Shown piece after piece: positions 1 to 13,196 of a stretch of DNA of 64,000 bases (positions are counted from its first letter, which is position 1; each line of letters opens with the position of its first letter). The stretch is from the NCBI RefSeq assembly GCF_018350175.1, contig NC_058368.1:145268001-145332000 (forward strand). The letters run 5' to 3'. Position numbers and translations under genes: made by a program. The notes beneath the pieces were generated by a model. That model made no database searches and was not told the origin of the DNA. It worked only from the letters and a program-made list of their open reading frames with translations. Source of the stretch: Felis catus. Lineage: Eukaryota.

Positions 1-19
1 GTTCAACAAATGTTCTCCC

Positions 20-170
20 TGTCTTCTTCCTTAGTAACAGAATTCCAATTTTGTTCAGGTATCCACATGATTCTGTAAAGATATATGCTTGAAGGAAAGC
101 TGGCATCCATCTTTGTTCCAGTTCCAAAGGATGAGTCTTGATTTGTCTGTTCTACACTAACCATTATAAT
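20..170. mobile_element. Degraded LTR16-like (ERVL) fragment
   Basis: cttcttccttagtaacagaattccaattttgttcagg resembles the LTR16 5' region as recalled. Confidence 0.45.
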
Positions 171-662
171 TCTTGTCAAAGAATAACTCAAAAATGTTTG
201 AGTACTAGATGATGCTTTCTATAGTTATTTGTACAGTTTGGGGGAGAAATACTTGTTACATGCTAAATGTAGACCTATTTGGGTATGGTGGGATTTTTTT
301 AAAAGGGAAGAAAAGGCCATATTCATTGCCTCTGATTAGTTGTGACTGAGGAATGTTGGTGATCTGCAATTCTAGAAGTTGGATTTTCTTATCTACATCA
401 TTTCTGAAATGCATGGTTACTAAATTTGAACTCCTATAACTGGAGAGAGACTCTCTTAAGGAAATATATACAACTAGATCTGTCATTTATTTAGCATGTT
501 ATCAAGTATTATAAAATGCTTCATCATAGCCTTGTTAATAGATGCTTGCCCAGGGCAAGTAATAATTTACTGGACAAGGTATAAAGGTTCTAATTTTATT
601 CATTTCCTACTATATATTTTGTATAAAGGAAAACAGCTTACAGAGCCTTCAATTCCCCCCCC

Positions 663-1310
663 CAACTTTTTTATTTTGAAAATTTTCAAGTACAGTGAAA
701 ACTCACCATACCCTTCACCTAAGATCACCAATCATTAACATTCTGCGACATATGCTCTCTATCTTTCCCCAACATGAACACACGCACACACACAGACACA
801 CACACTTTTTTATAGCTGAACAGTTTGAAAATAAGTTGCAGACATCATCCCTTCATCCCTTCATCCTTCCACATGTGTCTCCTAAGAATAGAGACATTCT
901 CCTACACAGCCACAATATCATTGTCATACTCAAGGAATTTAGCATTGATACAATGAAAGTATCTAATATAAAGTCTATATTCAAATTTCCCTAATTGTCC
1001 TAAGTCTAATTTAGCTTTTTTTTTTCTCACTGGGATCTTATCAAGAATCGTGCATTGTACTTAGTTATGTCTTTCTAGTCTTCCTTTCTCTAAAACAGTC
1101 CCTTTGCTTTTTAAAAACTTTCATGACATTGGTATTTCTGAAGAATCCAGACCCATCATTTTGTAAAATGTCCCACAATATATATCTGATAGTTGCCTTA
1201 TGGTTGGATTCAGGTTAAACATTTTTGGCAAAAATACTACATGAGATATTTTCCTAGTACAGAACATGAAAAACTTGTTCCATTAATGGTGATGCTAAAT
1301 TTGATCAATT
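663..1310 (-). mobile_element. L1MC-type LINE-1 3' end
   Basis: T-rich start, then cccttcacct..., gttgcagacatcat, gacattctcctac and ggtgatgctaaatttgatca blocks typical of the L1MC4/5 3'UTR. Confidence 0.7.
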
Positions 1311-1666
1311 CTCTCCCTCTCCCTCTCTCTTTCTGTCTCTGTCTACCTCCCTTTTAGTGCACTTCTCAAGTGAATCATTTATTATGGGAATTTCAGAGAG
1401 ATGAGACCAATATCTCCATTCATTGAGCATTTAGTAAAGTGAAATGGACAATAGGGTATTTATTTTTAAAAATACTTTTAAAATAAAATGGTCAGGTTTC
1501 AATTATCTGGATATTTTCATTAAAACATTTATAACATCTTGGGAAGCAAAATTATCTGCATAGTTGTCTCAAATCTTCAATTCTCTTTGTTCAAAGAGAT
1601 CTGGCCAGCTAATGGCATCTATTATCTTCAATTCACAAATCATCACAAAATTTAAATGGCTTAAAA

Positions 1667-1830
1667 GCAACATGATATAGTGGAAAAAAAGAGATTAATC
1701 CAGAGTCTAGAGTCATCAAACCTGTCTAATGACCTTAAGCAAATCATGTGTTCTTCCTGGACCTCAGTATTCTCTTCTGTGTAATGGAGAAACAGGACTT
1801 TAGGATCTCTCAGCTTCTATCAGTTTAAAG
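1667..1830 (+). mobile_element. MIR/MIR3 SINE, degraded
   Basis: tgaccttaagcaaatc...cctcagtattctcttctgtgtaatggag is the MIR core. Confidence 0.6.
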
Positions 1831-1914
1831 GTTTATTTATATCTCTAGTTAACTGCCATATATGCTGAATAATTTGACTCATAAATGCTTATCTTTGTGC
1901 AAGATCAGGTTAAC

Positions 1915-1973
1915 TTATTAATTAATTAATTAATTAATCAATTTATTTATTTATGTATTTATTTATTTATTTA
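1915..1973. repeat. (TTAA)n/(ATTT)n compound microsatellite
   Basis: Directly visible. Confidence 0.9.
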
Positions 1974-2207
1974 CTTTGCTGGTGGAAATAATGGAATATT
2001 AAGGCTAAGAAAGAGCTATGAGAATTATCCTTTCAACCTCCCACATGATGTGAAAAACATATCCTATTGGTGGCCATCTGGACATGCTTGAACACTTTGG
2101 GTGATGTGGTAGTAACTATTGAGGCAATGTTTCCATGTATGGACTCTGAGGTTATGCCTCAACCATTTTAGATCCTTCCTGATGATCTATGACACCCCCA
2201 GACTCAC

Positions 2208-2570
2208 TATCTTAGTCTGTTGAGGCTGCTACATCAAAATACCATAGGCTGGGTGGCTTATAAACAATAGACATTTATTCCTCACACTTTGGGAGGCTGG
2301 AAAGTCCAAGATCAGGCACCAAGATCAGGGTGGTTGTGGCCTGATATGAGCTCTCTTTCTGGTTCATAGCTTGAGCTGGCACTGTATCCTTACATGGGGA
2401 AAGGAAGGGTCTCTTTTATGAGGGCATTAATCGCATTCAATACATAAAGCTCCACCATCATGACCTAATCACCCCAAAAGCCCACCTGTTAATACCACCA
2501 CATTGGGCATTCGGATTTCAACATATACATTTGGAGGGAGAGGAGGGATACAAATATTCAGTCTCTAGCA
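2208..2570 (-). mobile_element. MLT1A-type MaLR solo LTR
   Basis: tatcttagtc...aaataccataggctgggtggcttataaacaa...attcagtctctagca; 5-bp TSD ctcac/ttcac. Confidence 0.85.
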
Positions 2571-4625
2571 TTCACCTTCTCTTGACCTCAGATGTCTCTT
2601 CCTTCTCTCCCTTTCAACAATGAACCTGTGAATCTATACCTGGAACTCATAGCTCAGCTCTTCTCTGCCTTTGAGAACCAGACATTTGGTTTTCTCTCCT
2701 TTGACCATCCCTTCTACCTTCCTCCTTGCTCTTGAATAACACTAGGATGTAAAATCCCTTGATACTTTCCTTCCTCTCTATCTAGCCTACCAATTCCTTA
2801 TGACTATATTTATCTTCTACCCAGCCTGGGCAATCACTTCAGCATTGCCCTTACAACTTCCTCGACACCCACAGCATTTCTAATTTTACCAGGTGTACTT
2901 GAACATTTATTTATATGTGAAATACTGCACAACATAGTTGCATAATATAGAACAGCTGTGCAGAGAAACAAAAAATCAACTTGTGAAGAAAGCTATAAGG
3001 TGAGTGTAGACTTTTTGAATAAAAATATGTAATTACTTTGGTGACCAATCAAGCAAATACCACTGACCAAATCATATGCTGTTCATATAGAATGATAATG
3101 GCAACTTTTCCAAGTGAAAATGAGATACTTGCCAACTTGCTAATGTGAAATTGAAAATATTACATATGTAATCTTAAAGGCTGTAAGACATTAAGGGCTG
3201 TAGACATGTGAGGTAACAAATATTTTCTCTGATGTGTAGTGATGTGCTATGGTTTAAGCTGGAGATGGAATATAATGATTGTAGATCAAGAAATGTGACC
3301 CTAAGGGTTTGGATGACTTTTTGTTGTATTTTTCAAGAGTAAATAAGTACACCATTTTCAGAACAACATGCTTTTAATGCTAATGTAAATCATGGGTGCC
3401 TTTCTTCCTGTATTACTTCCAATAGATTTCTTTGCAAGTTTTTAATGTGAATAGTTATATTTAGTAATCAGAAAAAAATACTGGCTCTGGAAGGACTCTT
3501 AGAGATCATTCATTCTGTGAGAGAATTGAGGCCCAAAGGAGCAAAAAAATTTTTTCAAAGTGCTATAGCTCTGGTGATTGAGCCAGATATAGGGTCTGGC
3601 TTTAAAGTCTAGCTACTTTCCCAGTGATTTTCCAACTGTCTATCTGGGAGCTTTAGGGGTCTCTGGAGGTGTGTTAAAACTACTGGGGGGAGAGAGTTGA
3701 TTGTTCCTTATCTTCTTCAATTAGAACGATACTAGTTTTGAACATCTTAAATATTGCAGTTCTACTTAAAAATTTAAACTAAGGAAGAGGATCCCAGTGT
3801 TAAAACATACGTACTTAAAAAATTGATAACCATGCCTTATCCATCCAATGGTGGTTGAATTGTTTTTCTCTGTAGCAACTACTCAATACTAATATGAAGT
3901 TATAAATTATGTTCATTTCATATATTTTTATTTAAATTAGTTCTTTAAGGAAACACATCATACATGTTGCTCCAGATAAAGATGGAGATATGGATAAACT
4001 GAATCAAATCCTTTTTTTTTTTTTTTTGCTGTCTTCACCATCAGCAGCCTTCTCATTGACTTTGCCACCATGCTACATAGCTATTTCAAAATGAAGAGAA
4101 ATAAAATATGGTGGATGTCTTGAGATGAAATAAAAAACAAGCAAGTTTAGGTTTCTAATAACTGACACCCTAGTCACCTTGTGGGAACCTGATGTATTGG
4201 TACGTAAATGGCTAGAAACCTGTGAGATTCATACTGTTATGTAGGAGGAACATTTATTTTCACAGTTTATTCCTTCTCAAGAATTTCTTCTCTAGGAATG
4301 CAAATGTTGATTAATAGCTAATTAATGACAGCACACATTTTCCTCAGTTTCCTTGCATATTGCTATTAATATAGTAAGAGTCACCGTTCTAATATTATGG
4401 TGACTATAGCTACCCATGTTTTCCTGGGGTCATGGAATGGTATATATTTTAGTCCCTATAGGCTTTCTGACTTTCTAGTCAACTGATATTTTCAAAGTTA
4501 ATTTAGACTATTTGTTGTGTGAAAATTTTCATTGAAAAATTCATTTCATTTCATCTGTCCTTAATTCTAAAAAGACTTTGATTGCCAAAATAAATTTGAG
4601 TAGACTATTAAAAAAACAAAATCCT

Positions 4626-4865
4626 GGGGCACCTGGGTGGCTCAGTCAGTTAAGCGTCCGACTTCGGCTCAGGTCATGATCTCACGGTCCGTGAGTTCGA
4701 GCCCCGCTTAGGGTTCTGTGCTGACAGCTCAGAGCCTGGAGCCCGTTTCAGATTCTGTGTCTCCCTCTCTCTCTGCCCCTCCCCTGTTCATGCTCTGTCT
4801 CTCTCTGTCTCAAAAATAAATAAACATTAAAAAAAATTAAAAAACAAAAAACAAAAACAAAATCC
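4626..4865 (+). mobile_element. Can-SINE (SINEC_Fc), young
   Basis: ggggcacctgggtggctcagtc head, (CT)n, A-tail; TSD aaaacaaaatcc. Confidence 0.97.
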
Positions 4866-5051
4866 AAGTGTGAATATTTCTTGGAGTGGTTGTTCTCCCC
4901 ATTGGGACAAACTCAGTTTGCACAGTGATAATTCACAAACATTTTGAATTCCAGTTATGAACTTCCCTTTATTAGAGCAATTAAGTTCTATGAAAACAGA
5001 AGCGCATTTCAAAAATACCATTCATTTCCCTTAAAACTTAAAAAAAGAAAA

Positions 5052-5253
5052 TTTAAATGTTTTTATTTATTTTTGAGAGAAAGAGACCGAGCACGGGCAG
5101 GGAAGGGGCAGAGAGAGGTGACACAGAATCCGAAGCAGGCTCCAGGTTCTGAGCTGTCAGCAGAGTCCGATGTGGGGCTCGAATTCGTGAACCACAAGAT
5201 CATGACCTGTGCCAAAGTCAGACACTCAACAGACTGAGCAACTCAGGTGCCCC
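5052..5253 (-). mobile_element. Can-SINE (SINEC_Fc)
   Basis: Reverse head ...ctcaggtgcccc and T-rich tail. Confidence 0.95.
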
Positions 5254-5782
5254 ATTCCTTAAAATTTTTTTAACTTTCACAGAGAATTGAGATTTTCTGG
5301 AGCTATAAATGCGCTCCATTGACACTTTAAGAGATGTGTAACTTTCCTCAATCCAGCTGTTTTACTTCACTACCTGTGGTGATGTGGTTGCAATATTAAA
5401 ACCCAAAGGCGTGGACTGAACTCTGGCAATGATGTTTCTAAACTAATCCAGCATGAGAAGAAAGTGATTAGAAAGAAGACAGGTCCCAATGGAAGATGGA
5501 TAAGCTATTTCTAGAAACTACCATTACTACTGGAAAAAACTAATTGCTTTCCTCTTGTTTTTGGATATTTGCACCAGTTCAAGAAGGACAAAGTGTGAAG
5601 AAACTTCACCTTGCTTCTATTTATAATGGTTTCTTTCCTGAAACTGCTGAGAGCTTTGTATTTCCAAAGTAAATTTTTGAGACAATACACTAACATGCTT
5701 AAGAAAGAAAAGATGAAAGTATTTCATTGTCTATGCATAATTAGATTAGTAATTCATTGTTGATTAAATAAATATTATGGAG

Positions 5783-5992
5783 GGGGTGAGTGTGTGGCTC
5801 AGTCAGTTACACGTCCATCTTCAGCTCAGGTCATGATCTCACAGTTTGTGGGTTCCAGCCTCACATTGGGCTCTGCCTGACAATGTGAAGCCTGCTTTAG
5901 ATCCTCTATTTCCCTGTTTCTGTGCCCCTCCCCTATGTGTATGCAATTTCTCTCTCTCTCAATAAACATTAAAAAAATAAATAAACATTAAA
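5783..5992 (+). mobile_element. Can-SINE
   Basis: 17-bp TSD aaataaatattatggag at 5766-5782 and 5993-6009. Confidence 0.95.
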
Positions 5993-6163
5993 AAATAAAT
6001 ATTATGGAGTTCTTATTTTGTGGTAGGCACTATGCTAGACAAAAACAACCAGTCGAGAGTCTTTGCCCTGGATGGGCTTACATATTAATTGTAATTTGAC
6101 CTAAGATTATAATAGCAAGAAAAATTACTATGAAAGTGTCAGGAGAAGGAATGCCTGTAAATA

Positions 6164-6663
6164 CAGATGGTCCCTGACTTACAATGGTTCAGCTTATAAT
6201 TTTTCAACTCTAGGATGGGATACTCAGTATCAGTAGAAACCATACTTTGAATTTTGAATTTTAATCTTTTCCTGGGCTGGCAATAGGTGACACAATACTT
6301 GCTCTCTCACGATGCTGGGCAGTGGCAGGGAGCCACAGCTTCCCATCAGCCATGCAATCAGGAGAGTAAACAACCAATACACTTACAACCATCTGTACCC
6401 ACACAGTCATTCTGGTTTTCGCTTTCAGTACAGTATTCAATAAATTACATGAGCTATTCAACACTTTATAATAAAATGGGCTTTGTGTTACATGACTTTG
6501 CCCAACTGTAGGCTAATGTAAGTGTTCTGAGCATGTTTAAGGTACATTAGTCTAAGCTATGATGTTTAGTAGTTGGGCATAATAAATGCATTTTCACTTA
6601 TGATGTTTTCAACTTAAAATGGGTTTATTGGATGTAACCCCATTGTGAACCGAAGAAGGTATC
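6164..6663 (-). mobile_element. Tigger3/MER47-type TcMar DNA transposon
   Basis: ta|cagatggtccctgacttac terminal repeat; MER47-like internal blocks (cccaactgtaggctaatgtaagtgttctgagc); degenerate second TIR. Confidence 0.85.
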
Positions 6664-6887
6664 ACCCTGGTACCCTCTTGGGACTTTGCAAAATTTGTTT
6701 TAAGCCAACTTTGGTAAGTTCTACCAAAACTTAGATTAGGCTAGCAATTATATGGGAATGGCAGATATATATCTATTCTTAAATTCTATAAAGTTCAATA
6801 TAAATACTAATAACACATCATGAGATCTGGGAATATTTGGGCTGATGGCTGAGAGCCCCAGAACTGTCCAAGTGACTGTTCCCCATG

Positions 6888-7070
6888 GCATGGTATTGTG
6901 GAAAACATAGTCTTTGCTCTAAATCCAAGTTCTTCCAGGTATTAGTTGAGTTAGCAGGAACAGTTCTCTTAGTTTTTCTGTCTTGGTGTTCTTAGGTGTA
7001 AAACTAAGCTAAAAATAATGCCTGCCTTGTGAGGTTTTTGTGAAAATCAATTGAGCTAATATGTGAAATA
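6888..7070 (+). mobile_element. MIR SINE, degraded
   Basis: Core plus aataatgcctgccttgtgaggtttttgtgaaaatcaattgag 3' part. Confidence 0.65.
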
Positions 7071-7116
7071 TGAACTAGTCTGTAAACTTTGAAATGTAAC
7101 CAAAAATTACTTTTTG

Positions 7117-7312
7117 AAATGCCTGAGTGGCTCCATCATTTTAGTGTCCAACTCTTGATTTTGTCTCAGGTCATGATCCCAGGCTCATGGGATTGAGCCC
7201 TGCATTGGGCTCTGTGTTGAGCATGGAGTCTGCTTGAGATTCTCTCTCTCTCCCTCTGCTCCTCTCCCCAGCTCATGTGTGCTCTCTCTCAAATGAAAAA
7301 TAAATTTAAAAA
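7117..7312 (+). mobile_element. Can-SINE, older subfamily
   Basis: ctcaggtcatgatccc...gattctctct; TSD aaaaattactt/aaaaattgctt. Confidence 0.9.
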
Positions 7313-7657
7313 ATTGCTTCTTTATGGCAAATACGCAACAATGTCCATTCAACATGGAAACAGTACTATTGTAGTCATAGTACTAACCTTTCAGATGAAT
7401 GCTTGTCAAATCTGTCAGAATTCTCAACAGGAAATGATTGCAATTCTGTGTATTAATGGTTAATATTACCATATAGCTAGTTAATATTTTTAAGTAATAA
7501 TTATTTGATTTCAGGGAAAGAACAATTCTCTTTCTTTTCTTGAGGTTACCGGTTATATGAAATTTGGATTAATAAACCAAAAAGGGAAACTAATGAAGAA
7601 TCATCTCCATAACTATATGACAAAGTAATAAAACCTCATGACCTGAAAGAAGAAGAA

Positions 7658-8470
7658 CTGTGTTGGTTGGGATGTTTTTGATTGCAAATATCAGAAGACC
7701 CAATACACATGGGTTTATCAAAGGGATATTTATTGTTTATTTATTTATTTATTTTATTATTATTTTTTTAATGTTTATTTTTATTTCTGAGACAGAGAGA
7801 GACAGATCGTGAACGGGGGAGGGTCAGAGAGAGAGGGAGACACAGAATCCGAAACAGGCTCCAGGCTCTGAGCTGTCAGCACAGAGCCGGATGCGGGGCT
7901 CAAACTCACGGACCGTGAGATCATGACCTGAGCCGAAGTCGGATGCTTAACCGACTGAGCCACCCAGGCGCCCCTTTATTGTTTATTTAATAAGAGCCTA
8001 GTTTTAGGCAATTCCAGAGTTTATTCAGTGGCTCAACAATATTAAAGTTCAAAAAACAACAACAGTAACAATAAAGCAGTGTTAGGGCTTGGTTCAGTAT
8101 CTTTGACATTATCTTCATCTTCTGTCATGCTCTTGCCTCGTGGGCAGTCAGTAATTAGATGTATGTTTCAGTGCCAAGCATCAGGCCTTTACATCCATAT
8201 TGCAGACAGGAAGAATAGCAACATTCCAAGAAAATCTCCTTAAATATCCATCCCTTTTGTCAGAAAGCAAAATATTACCCAGAAGGCCCCTGGAGATTCC
8301 TTCTTACATCTGATTGACAAGAGTTGGATCACATGGTCACCACCTACTGCTGAGAAAATAAATAGCCAGCATAAGAATCTTAGACCAATCATGGTTCATT
8401 TCATGTGGCCAAACAAAATCAGCATTTTAAAAATTAGAATAAAGGAGGATGGGAAGACTGTTGGAAAATT
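7658..8470 (-). mobile_element. Old MLT1J/K- or LTR33-type LTR interrupted by a SINE
   Basis: gattgcaaatatcagaagaccca start; ccttcttacatctgattgacaagagttggatcacatgg and ttagaccaatc blocks. Confidence 0.6.
7744..7974 (-). mobile_element. Can-SINE (SINEC_Fc), young
   Basis: CpG-rich copy; TSD tttattgtttattt on both sides. Confidence 0.97.
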
Positions 8471-8523
8471 CCCTGATGGTATCACTCCGAGATATTCGAA
8501 TGTATATATACAAATGTTAATGA

Positions 8524-8708
8524 GAGGAGCTTGTGTGACTCAGTCTGTCTGACTTTGGCTTGGGTCATGATCTCATGGTTCATAGGTTCAAGCCCCATAT
8601 CAGGCTCATTGCTGTCAACACAGAGCCGCTTTGGATCTTCTATTTCCCTCTCTGTCTGCCCCTACCCCACATATGTTCTCTCAAAAATAATTAAAACATT
8701 AAAAAAAT
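8524..8708 (+). mobile_element. Can-SINE, diverged
   Basis: ggtcatgatctcatggttc body and A-tail. Confidence 0.85.
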
Positions 8709-9599
8709 AGTTCACGAGCTAGACTTTATACAAAAGAAATATTATCCTTGATTTTTAAAAGAGAGATTCTAAAAACTATAGTCTGAATTGTAAGGTTATG
8801 GTAAAACAAACAAACCAAAAAACCCAGTAGGTCAGCAAATAAAATATTATATAGTATAGCAAAAAAAAAAAAAAAAAATGTCACATTAAAAGCCAATTGC
8901 CTCTATCCCCTCTGAAGAATGTCCAATCTATGACTCAGTGGTTGTTTTCCCTTTTGTGAAGTACTGATCCTCTGAAATGATTATTTTAATGTTTTAGTCA
9001 ACAAGTTCTTATCCACCCAAGTATAAATTCTGTGATTAATTGCAAGGTATACAGCTCTTGTCAAGTTATCAGCCTTTTCTGTTAAGCCACTTAAAAATTA
9101 GTTTCCTAACCTAAGCTGGGCTTTGATGATACAAACAGAAACAGTTAAGAACCAACTCTTACTTTCTAACTTAAATGAAGGCTATTGCAAATTGCCTTCT
9201 TTCCATGTTATATCTCATTGATAGCTGACTTTATGTCATTCTCTGTTTCATTAAAACTAGGTCTAAGTTGTGACAAATTGCTTTTTTATAAATGACATCT
9301 TTTGAGCCCCCACTAGATCTAGCCAGAGACACACTATTTCATGTTCCCACTGAATATCCTCTTAGAAGGAACATTAGTTTCAAAAGGAACATTAGCCAAG
9401 GACAGCCTAGAAAGGTGATGACAATGTGTATTAGTTCAGACTTTGGATCTCCACTAAATTTTAAAAAGTGATCAAGTCCTACGGGCTATTTCCTTGGCAC
9501 TTAAAATAAAAAATCTTGCCTTTCCCTCCTTCATAGTTTAAGTAAATTACAATGGTATTTTTGCCATACCAAATATCAGATTAAATGAGCCCCATTGGC

Positions 9600-9601
9600 A
9601 A

Positions 9602-9645
<44 letters not shown>

Positions 9646-9647
9646 AA
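9600..9647. repeat. (GAAA)n microsatellite
   Basis: Directly visible. Confidence 0.95.
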
Positions 9648-9968
9648 TCCAAAAGAATAATTCATACAATTATAACTTCTCCCCCACCCTCTCTTCCCAT
9701 TCAGCTTATACCATCTTTCAGTCTGGTTTCAGATATTAGTAAGTAATGGAATAATACACAGGAAATGAATAACCCCTTCCCTGCCCTGTAAATCAGAAAA
9801 GTCATTTACAGGAGCTGAGTGAATGGAGGGAGAGGTGTGTGGCAAGGGAATTGAACCTTAATGGCCCCTCAAGAGCTATAACTGTCTGTCTCTCTGCCAC
9901 TATCTCTGTCTTTTCTCTCCCTCCCACCCCATCTTTCTCAGTCTGTCTCCCCTCACCACATTCCCCTT

Positions 9969-9969
<1 letters not shown>

Positions 9970-10001
<32 letters not shown>
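9970..10001. repeat. (CT)n microsatellite
   Basis: Directly visible. Confidence 0.9.
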
Positions 10002-10005
<4 letters not shown>

Positions 10006-10055
10006 TTCTGATTACAAATCTCTCAGGCCTGGTGACTGTTGGGTCTGTGTATTTT

Positions 10056-10165
10056 GTAAATTTAGTTTTCATTTTTAATTTTTATTAAGTTTTTTAATTT
10101 TAATTTCAGTATAGTTAACATACAGTGCTGTGTTTATATAATTTCAGGTGTACGATATAGTAAGT
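10056..10165 (-). mobile_element. Severely 5'-truncated carnivore L1 3' end
   Basis: cagtatagttaacatacagtg...tttcaggtgtac L1_Carn terminus; 14-bp TSD ggtctgtgtatttt. Confidence 0.8.
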
Positions 10166-10424
10166 GGTCTGTGTATTTTAAACATTGAATGAAAAATTCT
10201 ACCAAGTACCTAAGTCATTCCTTGGGCTAAACTTTACTTTTTTTATACAGTGCGGTGTTTGGTGATTGGTGCTCCCCTGTGGCCCCTGTTTTCTATCTGT
10301 GCACTTTTCTGCAAGATGTTAATTTGGGGTTCAATTCTATATTACTAATGAAAGAAAAAAATGGAAAAAATCAAGGTTAGTAAATAAAAGAGTTATCAAA
10401 ACACTGCTTTGGAATGTATTTCCT

Positions 10425-11008
10425 TTTTTTATTGAACTGAATGATTTTTTTTAACATATAATTTTTTGTCAAATTTGTTTCCATACAACACCCAGTGCTC
10501 ATCCCAACAGGTGCCTTCCTCATTGCCCATCACCCACTTTCCCCTCTCCCCCATCCCGCCAACCCCCAGTTTGTTCTCAGTTTTTAAGAGTCTCTTATGG
10601 TTTGCCTCCTTCCCTCTCTGTAACTTTTTTTTCTCCCTTCCCCTCCCTCCTGGTCTTCTGTTAAGTTTCTCAGGATCCACATATGAGTGAAAACATATGG
10701 TATCTGTCTTTCTCTGCCTGACTTATTTCACTTAGCATGATACTCTCCAGTTCCATCCACGTTGCTACAAATGGCCAGATTTCATTCTTTCTCATTGCCA
10801 AGTAGTATTACATTGTATATATAAACCACATCTTCTTTATCCATTTGTCAGTTGATGGACATTTAGGCTCTTTCCATAATTTGGCTATTGTTGAAAGTGT
10901 TGCTATAAACACGGGGGCACAAGTGCCCCTATGAATCAGCACTCCTGTATCCCTTGGGTAAATTCCTAGCAGTGCTTTTGCTGGGTCATAGAGTAGATCT
11001 ATTTTTAA
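10425..11008 (-). mobile_element. L1_Fc-type LINE-1 3' end, 5'-truncated
   Basis: Feline L1 3'UTR and ORF2 end; perfect 16-bp TSD ttggaatgtatttcct (10409-10424, 11009-11024). Confidence 0.95.
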
Positions 11009-11117
11009 TTGGAATGTATTTCCTACTTAGTTCCCATTGTGGTAAACTGAGAGTTTTCAAAACTTCCAGCAAGATAATGGGTAGCTCTATCACGTTTTTC
11101 AGCAAAAGATATGAGGA

Positions 11118-11297
11118 GGGGTGCCTGAGTGGGTCAGTTGGTTAAGTATCAGACTCTTGATTTCAGCTCAGGTCATGATCTCACAGTTTGTGCAATTGAG
11201 CCCCACATAGGACTCTGCACTGACAGCACAGATCTTGCTTGGGATTCTCCCCACCCACTCTCTCTCTTAAAATAAATAAATAAACATTTAAAAAAAT
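11118..11297 (+). mobile_element. Can-SINE
   Basis: ggggtgcctgagtggg head; aataaataaataaac tail. Confidence 0.92.
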
Positions 11298-11396
11298 ATG
11301 ATGAATCCTCATTCTATATACTTTCTACTACCTTCTTTACTTTTTCCAACTTCAAAGATACCAGCTTCCAACTTCTCAAGATACCAGTAGATCATC

Positions 11397-11576
11397 TAAA
11401 GTATCTAAACCTTGGTTGTACATTAGAATCACCTGGATAACATCAAAAATACTGATGCTTGAGTCTTTCCCAGAAATTCTGATGTCATTGATCTAGAAGT
11501 AAGCCCTGGGTATCAAGATTTTTGAAAAATGTCCCAGGTGATTACAATATGCAGCCAACATTGAGAACTACCAATG
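11397..11576. mobile_element. MER5-type hAT-Charlie MITE
   Basis: cattagaatcacctgg ... ccaggtgattacaatatgcagcc...ttgagaactacc near-palindromic structure. Confidence 0.8.
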
Positions 11577-11645
11577 GTTATGGAAAACTTTGTAAAACAA
11601 GGGTGGAAAAATGTGTTTGGTGGACAGGTCAGTTTGTGAAGGATT

Positions 11646-12085
11646 GTACTAGTTGGGCTATAAGTTGACTACTATGACAGAGGTCCCAAATACCAATGGC
11701 TTAAACACAGTAAAAGTTATTTCTATTTTATATTATACACTGAGCTTATGGCATCTTTGCTCTGAAAAGTTGTCAGAATCCCAAGGTCCTTTTATCCTGT
11801 TGCTTTGCTCTCATTCACATGCTTCAGAATAAGTCACCATTATGTCCATATTCTAGTTAGCAAGATGGCACGCTCTCTTCCTTTTAAGGAACAACTTAGA
11901 GATTGCCCCTGTCACTTCTGTTACCATTCTCTTGACCAGCACTTAGTCACAAGGCTACATCTAATTGCAAGGAAAGCAAGAAAAGGTAGCCTTTATTGTG
12001 AACAATTATGTGCCCTGATAAAATTTGGGGCTTCTATTATTTTGACGGTGGAGAAGGGAGTATTGGAGGAAAACTGGCATTCTTA
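11646..12085 (-). mobile_element. MLT1J-type MaLR LTR
   Basis: aatggcttaaacacag; cacttagtcacaaggctacatctaattgcaagg. Confidence 0.7.
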
Positions 12086-13007
12086 TTGTCTTTCCAAAGT
12101 GAGGTTCAAGAGGTCCTGAAGAGGATGGGTTCAGTAGGAGGGAAGGCATGATAGAAGAAAAGAGATAGAACTCTGTGGTTAGAGAGAGTGATTTTGATGT
12201 TCAAGGTATTATTGTAGGATTTGGGCAGGAATTGGCTCGGTGAGTCGAGTAATGATAGATGAGATTCCCGGAAGAAAAGAGACATAGAAAACACAGGGCT
12301 ATAAGTCCTACATGTAGAAACCACTGGTACAGAAGGCTGTTGTCACATGATCCTGCACTGTTGATGCTATTGCTTTTCCCATCCCATGTATTTTATAACT
12401 AAAATAAAATGAAGCTCTTTATCAGGTCATATTCTGATCCCTGGATGGGTTTAGAAAGAAGTGTTTTTTACAGTTTAGGATTGCAAAAGTTAGTGCTGGG
12501 TGAGGGATTTACACTTTTCTTTCAAATACAGGCCACTGCTGGTGGGCATAGAACACTGGGTGTGTTGATTGCTAACGTGATTTATGGCCGTATTCAGCTA
12601 CATTCTATGACCTTTCTTCCACAGTGTCCTCTGCCTTGATAAAATCGCTCTATTCTATGTCAAGTCCTTTTAATCCTTTTTTGGAATCAAGTATAAAACA
12701 ATTTCCAATGCATTCAACTCTAACTTTCTTTGCTCATTGTTTATTCCCCAAAGACTGAATAATACATTTAGAAGTTGAAAAATTGCAAGCTGCTGTTTTG
12801 TACACAGTACCTTTAACTTTTTTGTCCAGGTTTTCAGCCTGGCCTCAGATGAACCTTTTTTTTTTTTTAACATATATTTTAGGTCTCCAAAGTGAATTAT
12901 TTGAGATTGCAATTAACCATTTATATCCCCGCAATATGTGGAATCACCTAATTGAGCACATATGAAAATAATGGTAATGAAGTGGTTATGAAGAAAAGTA
13001 GTATTGC

Positions 13008-13044
13008 AAAAAACAAAAACAAAAACAAAAACAAAAACAAAAAC
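13008..13044. repeat. (CAAAAA)n repeat
   Basis: Directly visible. Confidence 0.9.
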
Positions 13045-13097
13045 CATGAGGTCATAGAAAGGACCTGAAACTTTGGCCTCTGGAGGCCCATTTGTTT

Positions 13098-13196
13098 ATC
13101 CATCAATCCATCATCAATTTATCCATCCTTCCTTCCATCCATCCTTTCATCCATCCATCCTTCCATCCATCCATCCTTCCATCCATTATTCCATTC
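13098..13196. repeat. Imperfect (TCCA)n microsatellite
   Basis: Directly visible. Confidence 0.9.

Noticed and set aside
11344..11387. Short tandem duplications (also about 9367, 16050, 18287, 31778, 49712)
   Set aside because: Two-copy slippage events with no higher-order structure
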